Program-made: the position numbers and the translations under genes
IMG/VR virus record: IMGVR_UViG_3300032216_000524
Coordinates: 1 to 64,000 of that record
Length of the DNA stretch: 64,000 bases
Direction: 5' to 3' (one strand)
Source of the DNA: a virus
Taxonomy: Duplodnaviria > Caudoviricetes
The notes under the pieces: model-generated
Databases searched by the model: none
Seen by the model: the letters and a program-made list of their open reading frames with translations, nothing else
Told to the model about the DNA's origin: nothing
Shown: in pieces, positions 56,505 to 64,000 of the stretch
How the letters are laid out: each line of letters opens with the position of its first letter
Position numbering within the stretch: position 1 is the stretch's first letter

Positions 56505-58217
56505 TTAGTAACCTATTGCAAACCAGTAAATACCGTAATTTCTGTTACCTATTACAGTTGAACCACTCATCACATGGATACTTGTTGTACTAACTGAAGC
56601 AATAACAGCAAAGTTGTCTGCAAAACCAGCAGTTTCAGTAGTAAGTATAGTAGCAGTTGCATTTAAACATGCGTTAGGAAATGTAGTTGGTAATTGAATG
56701 AATCCAAAATCATATTCCATTAAACGATTCGCAACTGCAATAGTACCCCATTGCATAATCATTCCACCAGGAAGAATTTGATAACCATTACTGGTAAGAC
56801 TATTGCTAAATCCTAAAGTACTTGCAGTTGGAATTGTAGGTTTATTTGAAAGATCATTATATGAACCACTGAATAAAGTTGGTTTGTTTAATAAATCATT
56901 ATATGATCCAGTGGTAGCAACTGTTGCTCCTGGAATTGTAGGTTTATTAGAAAGATCATTATATGAACCACTGAAAAAAGTTGGTTTATTAATAAGATCG
57001 TTATATGAACCAGTTGCAGAAACAGTTGATAATGTTGGTCTATTTACCAAGTCATTATATGATCCAGTAGTAGCAACAGTAGCTGCTGGAATTGTAGGTT
57101 TATTAGAAAGATCGTTATATGAACCGCTAGTAGCAACTGTTGCTAACGATGGTTTGTTCTTAATAAAATCTGCTTGGACATTATTAGTTTGAGTCCAGTT
57201 AGATTGAACCTGACCAGCAATAACTGGTTTATTTGAAAGATCAGCATAAGAACCGCTAGTAGCAACAGTGGCTAAACCAGAAACGGCAATTGTTGGGTTT
57301 CCAGAAACACCATCACCATTAGTAACAGTAATATTTGTGCCACCAGTAATAGTTCTAGTGGCTGCAGTTCCAGCACCAGTTCTAACATGCAATCCGTTTG
57401 TTGTTAATCCAGCAAGAGCAGTAAGATCTGAATCATATGGTTGAATGTCTGTACCAACATTAATACCAAAAGCAGTTTTAAAAGCAGACGCAGAAGCAGT
57501 AGAAAGTAGTGATCTACCAAACTCTGTTAAATCAGCTAATCCAGCAGTACCTGAATCTATAAAATAAGCAATTTTATTTGTTGCTGGAGTAACCCCAGAA
57601 AGAACAGTTAGTGTATTATTAAATGGTTGAACATCAGAACCGATACCCAGTCCAAGACTTGATCTTGCCTGTTGCGCTGAAGTACCACCAGTACCGCCTG
57701 AAGAGATCGCTAACGCAGAAGCAAGTCCGCTGATAGTACCACCTGTAATACTTACAGCAGTAGAGTTTTGCGTTGCAAGAGTTCCAATACCTAAATTAGT
57801 TCTGGCGTTTTCGGCACTAGTACCACCAGTACCACCATTGGCAACAGCAACCACACCTGTTACATTTAATGCAGTTCCGCTGACATTACCAGTAACATTA
57901 CCAGTTAAATCACCAGAAAAATTTGAGATTACTAAAGTTGCGTGGGCAGTTTCAAAGAAAATATCTCCATTAGCGTCTCGACCAAGAAGAGAGGATGGAA
58001 CATTAGGTATTGAACCAACTAATCCGTGAACTGAATCAGCATCTAAACCAGAACCTGCCCCATCAACTGTTTTTAATTTATTGAGAACATCTGTTGCAGT
58101 ATATGTGGCTGAAGCCAATTTAGTCTGAACTTCCGTGTTCAGATTATTAAAGTTGTCATCAACTTCCTGATTTGATAATGGACTGCCTTTGACAGTTCGT
58201 AGCGTAATTGATGCCAT
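56505..58217 (-). CDS. tail fibre, 570 aa, with tandem GSYNDL.NKP repeats and a C-terminal tip domain
   Basis: KGSPLSNQEVDDNFNNLN anchor, GSGLDAD, GGTG repeats; C-terminal GYQILPGGMIMQWG...P..FPNAC.....YWFAIGY tip. Confidence 0.85.
   Translation of the reverse strand: MASITLRTVKGSPLSNQEVDDNFNNLNTEVQTKLASATYTATDVLNKLKTVDGAGSGLDADSVHGLVGSIPNVPSSLLGRDANGDIFFETAHATLVISNFSGDLTGNVTGNVSGTALNVTGVVAVANGGTGGTSAENARTNLGIGTLATQNSTAVSITGGTISGLASALAISSGGTGGTSAQQARSSLGLGIGSDVQPFNNTLTVLSGVTPATNKIAYFIDSGTAGLADLTEFGRSLLSTASASAFKTAFGINVGTDIQPYDSDLTALAGLTTNGLHVRTGAGTAATRTITGGTNITVTNGDGVSGNPTIAVSGLATVATSGSYADLSNKPVIAGQVQSNWTQTNNVQADFIKNKPSLATVATSGSYNDLSNKPTIPAATVATTGSYNDLVNRPTLSTVSATGSYNDLINKPTFFSGSYNDLSNKPTIPGATVATTGSYNDLLNKPTLFSGSYNDLSNKPTIPTASTLGFSNSLTSNGYQILPGGMIMQWGTIAVANRLMEYDFGFIQLPTTFPNACLNATATILTTETAGFADNFAVIASVSTTSIHVMSGSTVIGNRNYGIYWFAIGY
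56820..57285. repeat. in-frame imperfect tandem repeats (7 copies of GSYxDLxNK/RP)
   Basis: Recurring AGATCnTTATATGAACC / TCATTATATGATCC units within the 570-aa fibre. Confidence 0.85.
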
Positions 58218-58459
58218 TAATCTTCCTTAGATTTTATCAACAGTTGCAGCATTTGTTTTATCTCGTTCATATCCTGTTTTAAGATATTTATATCCTCTGT
58301 GTTACGCTCTGCTTGTGTTTTTCTTGCAAGAGCAATATCACGATTCTTTACATAATTTTCATATTCAGAATAGTTATTGTTTATAATTGCACCAGAAGAA
58401 ACCTCTCTAACTAAAGAGGGATTTCCTTCAACTTGTAAGTAGTTACTCATTATGTACAA
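58217..58459 (-). CDS. hypothetical 80-aa virion-associated protein
   Basis: VEGNPSLVRE..SGAIIN.N..EY followed by a coiled coil; coupled to both neighbours. Confidence 0.75.
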   Translation of the reverse strand: MYIMSNYLQVEGNPSLVREVSSGAIINNNYSEYENYVKNRDIALARKTQAERNTEDINILKQDMNEIKQMLQLLIKSKED

Positions 58460-61400
58460 GCAATGATTCTTAAATCTTTAACTTTTGTTATTTCAGATCC
58501 ATTAGAAGAAGTAAATACCAATTTAACTGTAAAGGCATCAAATGCTCCCAAATTATTTTTAGTAAAGTTTACTTCACTAAATGTTTCATTACCGAATTGA
58601 ACTTTTGGTAATAACGAATCTGGTGGTAACAATGTATAGTTTATAGAATCATAAGAATCTTTAAAACCAACTGGAGATACTTTATAGTAAACAGAAACAT
58701 TTGAATTTGTTGGCGAAACTACAGACATAATAACTTTCAGCGTATTTGCTGGAGTTGATAGGTTTGTTTTCTGAGTTACATATTTACTAATTGTAGAACT
58801 ACCAATTGGAGAAATTTCACTGATAAAAGTATTACCTTGAGTGATTGTTATCGTATCACCAGCAGATTTACTAGTAAACGAAACAGGAGTAACAACATTA
58901 CCTGTTTCAGTTCCAAGAGTTATTGAAGTTCCATCTGTTGCTATTGCAGTAATTACATATGATCCATTATTTCCAGCAGCAGGACTAGTAGCACCACTAA
59001 TAGTTAAATAACGACCAACTTTTGCTGTTAAAAAGATGCCTTTGGTATTTGAATCTGAAGTAGTGATTGTAGCACCACTAAATCCAACTGTGTTGTTTGA
59101 AGTTAAGAAAGCATTATCATCAATACCAGATTGATTAGTGTAAGAATAATCGGGTTTATTAACTTTATTTGCAATAGCAATCAATCCAACACGAGTGGTG
59201 TCAATAACTGGCGACAATGCATCATTAGTTGAACTAATTAGACATAACATAGATGCTGATTTATTGCCTGCAAGATAATAATCTTCATTTTGTTTTGATG
59301 CAACTATTCTTGCAGTTGGGAAATCGTTATTGTCACCCAGTGTTATACCATTCCAGTCTGTGTCTCTAGAATATGGAGCTTCAGATCCATCGATCGATGT
59401 TCCACTTGTAGTTTTAACTGAGAATAAAGATGAAGTTTCAGAAAAAGTTTGAATTTGTGCAGTAGGTTGTAGAGTGTTATACGCAATCTGCCCATTCGCT
59501 TGAACAGTAGCACCACCAGTATAACCATATTGGGTTGCTGGAGTTGTTGTATTAATTATATAATTATCATGATCAACAACGACTGCAACAGTTTGTATTT
59601 TATATACTTCAGTGGCAGGTATTCCATTTACAGAAGGAACAATTCTAAATCCAGTATTTGTAGCTAATGTAATCGCAGCATTAGAAACTAATGTCAATGC
59701 AATATTACTTCCACTAGAAACAGAAGATACAACACCAACATATCTTGGAATTGTTTCATTAGTATAGATAACATCACCTTTACCAACAGTTAAATTTCCA
59801 ATTTCTGTTTGGAATGCTGTTGAGTGTCCAGTAACTGTTGCTAATCCAGTTGAACAAGTGATTGTTCCAGTGGCAACTATTCCATGAACCATCGTATCAT
59901 CAGTATTGCTTATTGTAACAAGACTGGTTGGAGACAAACCATGGTTTCTTTGATAAATTTTAATTTTTGCAGAATTGGTATTAGTTTCAATAGAATTTGG
60001 GTCTAGTGTAGTTGTTGGTAACTGATCATTTACAAATTCAACATTACCTTGAACTGAAGTATCAAATTTCGCTCTGTAGATCGTAAACATTAAATCTTCA
60101 TTTTGATCTGCAGACCATGTAGATCCGTTTTGTGATTTAAACAAAACACCAGCATATGGCTGTTGAGAAATAGTTCTAGAAGATCCTGGAATTTGATCGC
60201 CCATACGAGCAACCCATGCATTGTATCCATTAGAATCAGAAGCAACAACCAAGGCATATGAAGTTGCGTCTTTTACATAAACAGGAGATGGGAATGTGAA
60301 TCTTGTTGGTGTATCATAAGAGGGAACTTGTGATCCATCTGGTAATGTTACTTTATTTGTAGAAATACTTACCTGTTCTGGATTGAGAGCAACTCGAGAA
60401 AACGGAAGAATATTAATACCTGGATACCCATTAACAACTTCACGGATTTCAATATGAACAGGAACTTTTGTATCTTTTGTAGCAAAGAATAAATCAACAC
60501 CTGTTAAAAATGCACCTCCTGGACTACTTACCATAAAGGTTTCAGCTAGCGGATCCCACCAACCAGTATCTGAAATAATACGCTCTGATGTTTGAGTGAT
60601 TGTTCTTGTGTCAGAAACTTGGTTCGGAACTAAAATTCCGTTACGAACAGCATTATATGTTGCTTGTTTAACCTGAAGGATTCCTTGTGCATAGTATGTA
60701 GCAGAACCTTTTGTAGATGGCACAGAATTGGCTGCAGAATCAGTTAAGGTAAGAGTTCTCTGCCCACAACGGAATCGAATAGAATCACTATTCGGTATCA
60801 AGAACAAGAATTGCGCTTTGCCATTAACATCAGTTACTAACGAGTCACCTTCACCTTTAACTGTCGGTGCGGTAACAATAGTTCCAACATTATTACTAAT
60901 ACTACCAGTAATAGTCTCAGTAGCTTGGAATGTTCCTTTAATATTAACTACATAAACATTTCTAGTTACAATTACATTAGAGTCATTTGATATGTTTTCA
61001 GTTCCAACAACAACAGCTGTTGCACCAGAAGTTGCACCAGTGATAACATCACCAGTATTTAAACATAGTTGAGAGTCACCATTTATTAATCGTGCTGCAC
61101 CAACTACATCACTACCAACAGATCGATCAGTATTAAATTGTGCAGTTCCAGTAAATGTTATTTTTGTTGCTGGGGTGCAATAAGTTGTAATATCTTGACT
61201 GTCAAACGCAGCATAAAGTTGAGTTAGTGGTTTCATTCCAGTTGTTTGAACAAGAATATGTCTTGAACGGATATATGGAATAACTGCAGTTGATAGAATT
61301 TTATCATCAACAAATTGAGTATCTATTCTTGCAACAACTTGAGTATTTACTCCAGTTCTTGATTGGCCAATTTGAGTAGCAAATGTTTGACTTGTAATTT

Positions 61401-64000
61401 GTCTAGCATTACCAGATCCAAGATTACCAAATTTTGCTTGCATTTCGTTTTGATCTAAATACACATCACCTTGACGAGATGCCCAGTTACTACCAAAAGT
61501 ATATCTAATAGCACCAGTCAACGCTTGTGTGCCAGTCCATTGAGTCTGCCAAGCATTCCAAACTGTTCCAAGCACTCCAGCTTTTTCAGCTAAAGAAGCA
61601 ATAGTATTAAAATCACCTTCGACATTATTAATAATATCAGGGCGACGCTCGACCTCAAACCAATTATCTGAAGGAGGGTTTAAATTTACCTGCCCTAAGA
61701 ATGTAAAGATAGCAAATGGATTAATGTTTTCTAAACGAGATCCATATGGCTGAGAAATCAATACAGGATTATCAATAATTGGTAAAGTGATCAAACCACC
61801 AGTATTTTTATAATTTGCTAAAGCACGATCAGAATTAGTTGCAACTTTTTCAATTAAATTTACATTTTGCATCGTGTAAAAGGGGCGCAAAATATTATTT
61901 TCCATATCAATTGAACAGAAATAATCTACATTATTAACATCACCAACAGAATGTCCACTAAAATTATCAACAATAAACCCATTTTTAAATCTGTTCAATC
62001 CAGTTGCAGAATCAATAATAGCAGTAGCTTGAGTTTGTTGTTCAAGTAATGACAAAGATGTATAATATTCTAAAGTATTAATTCTTTGTTCTAACTTACC
62101 AATATCACGCATTGTATAGCGTTTGTTTTCATTTTTAGTAGTTCTTACATTTGAAGAAGCAGTTCCGAATGTATATGGTTCTAACTCTAATTTGTAGAGT
62201 AACATTCCCTGATTTGGATCAGAAGGATCAGCAGGATTTGATCCTGGATTTCCAGCAATTTGATAAAAATTACCCTTTCGATCTATAGCAATTTTATCAG
62301 TTCTACCAAGATAGTAACTAATATCAGCTTCGAGATCTATACCTCTTTTTGGGACAAGAGAGCATTGTCCAGAGTTTGTTGCATTAACAAAAGTCGTTCC
62401 ATTATCATCAATTCTTGGTCTAAAATCAATAAGATCACGAAGAGGGATTCCATTAAATGAAGGAATCATTTTATAATCGATACTACGATAAGAATCTACT
62501 GTAAAATAATCTCCATTGCCATGCGTGAAGTATTCGAATACAATTTGAACAGGCGCATTTGGTGCAGTATAAGATGGTTTTAAGATTAATTTAGAAAGAC
62601 CATAATAGGAAATGGTTTGCCCATTATCAAAATTATAACGATCTGAAATGTCAATAGAATAATTATTGTTTGGAGCAGCAAAAGTTCCAGTATCCATAAA
62701 TACGCTAATAATTCTAAAAACATCAGGTACACCTAGAGATAAAACTGAAGCAGTTGCAGTAGCCTGAGTTGTAAATGTTACGGTTGTAGCATCAGAAAGA
62801 GTTTTTGATTTTCTTGTTAAACTTGATCCTGTTTTTACAACACCACCGATAACACTAAACGATCTAGCTGCATATGTATCAGATAAAGTAAATACAGTTG
62901 ATGTACTATTTACAGAAATGCTACCAGAAGAAAGTGGAATAGTTTTACCTGTTGTATTATCAACTACTTGATAATTATCAGATTGAGCTGCTGAAATCAT
63001 ATTTCCGCTAGTAGCAGAAATATTTAAAGTACAAGTACCACCAGATCCTGCGGATGATGTTGCACTAAATTTCTCGTATGCTGTATAATTAATTCTGTTT
63101 GTTCCGTCTGAACCAGTTACAGATTTGGTAGCATAATATGGAAGTGGAAATAATAGCGATTCATTTTGTGGTTCAAAAATCTGAATAGCAACTTTACCGA
63201 TTGTTGTTCCAGTTACTGTAATTGCAGTATCAACTGTAATGGATGTTTGACTATTAATCGCAGTTACTCTACGATATGGTCCTGTGAATCCATTAAAGTA
63301 CACATAATCACCAACAGCCAAATCTGTTTGGAATGAAGTTCCAGCACCAGTAATGGTTTGAGAAGTGCTAGTAACGCTACCAGTAATTGGTCTAATACCA
63401 GGAATATTATTCCAAATTGGAATAATATCTGAAGTGAAATCGTAACTAAGACCACCAGCAGAATTATTAAAATAAACAGCTTTTACATTAGTTGAAAAAT
63501 TATAACCTTGTGACATTTTAATGTCGAATAATCCAAGTTTATAGTACGCAGATTGAGTGCCGATAGTTCCACTATCCCATTCAATAAAACGAACACGAGC
63601 AGTACCGACTAGATTACCATTATGAGTACCACGACCATCTTTCTGAGCAGTTGCTGCACTAATTGTAACAGCACCATTTGCAACTAAGGTTAAGTGGGTA
63701 TTATCTGTAATAGTTGCAACAGTACCAGCATAAATTCCCGAAGAGTTATAGATATTTTGCCCAACAATCAACTCAGTAGTAAAAACAGTACTTGTTCCAG
63801 TAACAGCAGTTGTTCCAGTACCAACAGTAAGAGTGCCTGTCAACGCAGTAGTCGCTTGCATTGTATATTGATCATACAAAGACACAATACCAAAAGAATC
63901 AACTGGAGGTAGCCCATTGATTGCATTTACTAAAATATAGTTACCAACAGTTTGTGGAACTAAAGCACCAACTACTTGAACTTGGTGATTTGAATTTCTG
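58450..64000 (-). CDS. large DUF4815/VrlC-like virion structural protein, 5'-truncated by the window edge
   Basis: NKRYTMRDIGKLEQRI..LEYYTSLSLLE, RFKNGFIVDNF.GH, ENINPFAIFTF.G...L.P..D.W, DPLAETF, LFKSQNGSTW...Q.EDL.F; the frame stays open from 63885 to the window end (checked by hand). Confidence 0.85.
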   Translation of the reverse strand, partial: RNSNHQVQVVGALVPQTVGNYILVNAINGLPPVDSFGIVSLYDQYTMQATTALTGTLTVGTGTTAVTGTSTVFTTELIVGQNIYNSSGIYAGTVATITDNTHLTLVANGAVTISAATAQKDGRGTHNGNLVGTARVRFIEWDSGTIGTQSAYYKLGLFDIKMSQGYNFSTNVKAVYFNNSAGGLSYDFTSDIIPIWNNIPGIRPITGSVTSTSQTITGAGTSFQTDLAVGDYVYFNGFTGPYRRVTAINSQTSITVDTAITVTGTTIGKVAIQIFEPQNESLLFPLPYYATKSVTGSDGTNRINYTAYEKFSATSSAGSGGTCTLNISATSGNMISAAQSDNYQVVDNTTGKTIPLSSGSISVNSTSTVFTLSDTYAARSFSVIGGVVKTGSSLTRKSKTLSDATTVTFTTQATATASVLSLGVPDVFRIISVFMDTGTFAAPNNNYSIDISDRYNFDNGQTISYYGLSKLILKPSYTAPNAPVQIVFEYFTHGNGDYFTVDSYRSIDYKMIPSFNGIPLRDLIDFRPRIDDNGTTFVNATNSGQCSLVPKRGIDLEADISYYLGRTDKIAIDRKGNFYQIAGNPGSNPADPSDPNQGMLLYKLELEPYTFGTASSNVRTTKNENKRYTMRDIGKLEQRINTLEYYTSLSLLEQQTQATAIIDSATGLNRFKNGFIVDNFSGHSVGDVNNVDYFCSIDMENNILRPFYTMQNVNLIEKVATNSDRALANYKNTGGLITLPIIDNPVLISQPYGSRLENINPFAIFTFLGQVNLNPPSDNWFEVERRPDIINNVEGDFNTIASLAEKAGVLGTVWNAWQTQWTGTQALTGAIRYTFGSNWASRQGDVYLDQNEMQAKFGNLGSGNARQITSQTFATQIGQSRTGVNTQVVARIDTQFVDDKILSTAVIPYIRSRHILVQTTGMKPLTQLYAAFDSQDITTYCTPATKITFTGTAQFNTDRSVGSDVVGAARLINGDSQLCLNTGDVITGATSGATAVVVGTENISNDSNVIVTRNVYVVNIKGTFQATETITGSISNNVGTIVTAPTVKGEGDSLVTDVNGKAQFLFLIPNSDSIRFRCGQRTLTLTDSAANSVPSTKGSATYYAQGILQVKQATYNAVRNGILVPNQVSDTRTITQTSERIISDTGWWDPLAETFMVSSPGGAFLTGVDLFFATKDTKVPVHIEIREVVNGYPGINILPFSRVALNPEQVSISTNKVTLPDGSQVPSYDTPTRFTFPSPVYVKDATSYALVVASDSNGYNAWVARMGDQIPGSSRTISQQPYAGVLFKSQNGSTWSADQNEDLMFTIYRAKFDTSVQGNVEFVNDQLPTTTLDPNSIETNTNSAKIKIYQRNHGLSPTSLVTISNTDDTMVHGIVATGTITCSTGLATVTGHSTAFQTEIGNLTVGKGDVIYTNETIPRYVGVVSSVSSGSNIALTLVSNAAITLATNTGFRIVPSVNGIPATEVYKIQTVAVVVDHDNYIINTTTPATQYGYTGGATVQANGQIAYNTLQPTAQIQTFSETSSLFSVKTTSGTSIDGSEAPYSRDTDWNGITLGDNNDFPTARIVASKQNEDYYLAGNKSASMLCLISSTNDALSPVIDTTRVGLIAIANKVNKPDYSYTNQSGIDDNAFLTSNNTVGFSGATITTSDSNTKGIFLTAKVGRYLTISGATSPAAGNNGSYVITAIATDGTSITLGTETGNVVTPVSFTSKSAGDTITITQGNTFISEISPIGSSTISKYVTQKTNLSTPANTLKVIMSVVSPTNSNVSVYYKVSPVGFKDSYDSINYTLLPPDSLLPKVQFGNETFSEVNFTKNNLGAFDAFTVKLVFTSSNGSEITKVKDLRIIACT

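Noticed and set aside
56820-57285. Tandem DNA repeats resembling a CRISPR-like array
   Set aside because: Units are imperfect, in frame and encode a fibre repeat; there are no unique spacers of constant length and no cas genes.
49790-58217. Diversity-generating retroelement acting on fibre tips (Mtd-like domain and paralogs present)
   Set aside because: No reverse transcriptase and no template/variable repeat pair differing only at adenines was seen; one outside the window cannot be excluded.
131-63912. Plus-strand and nested alternative-frame ORFs in the track (e.g. 4942..5514, 7547..8023, 30646..31335, 9618..10250)
   Set aside because: They lie opposite or inside well-supported minus-strand genes, lack RBSs and recognisable motifs, and have the composition expected of antisense shadows.
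1-64000. Stop-codon reassignment (alternative genetic code)
   Set aside because: Core genes translate full length with the standard bacterial code and abut one another.
1-64000. tRNA or rRNA genes
   Set aside because: Intergenic gaps are short and none shows a cloverleaf with T-loop GTTCRA and an acceptor stem; a tRNAscan-SE run would settle this.

Overview
The window is a 64-kb segment of a large T4-like myophage genome, with every credible gene on the minus strand in the collinear order typical of aquatic T4-like phages. Read in transcription direction (64000 to 1): a 5'-truncated DUF4815/VrlC-like virion protein; an extended tail-fibre/adhesin region (about 30-58 kb); the neck, terminase, tail and head core (gp13-14-15-17-18-19-20-67-21-22-23-3); uvsY-uvsW, gp55, an extra AAA ATPase and gp47-gp46; an early vWA-metallopeptidase/MoxR(CobS-like) ATPase module; a DUF5664-like nucleotide hydrolase; then gp45-44-62-regA-hsp20. 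The host cannot be determined. Sigma70-type promoters and an IbpA-like Hsp20 with a ROSE-like leader suggest a proteobacterium (inference). The best candidate for an undescribed system is a four-gene block inside the fibre region, behind a late-promoter motif: two unknown proteins, a radical SAM/SPASM enzyme and a U32-like Fe-S protein fused to a SAM methyltransferase, directly downstream of three tandem paralogous adhesin-like proteins. Other notable features: no small terminase (gp16) between gp15 and gp17; a type-1 copper motif on a virion protein; repeated early-promoter/palindrome cassettes; a divergent antisense promoter; a mini-fibre that is almost only a chaperone domain. No tRNA, rRNA, CRISPR array, reverse transcriptase, integrase, intron or intein was recognised. 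All family assignments come from motif recognition by eye; no database searches were run.
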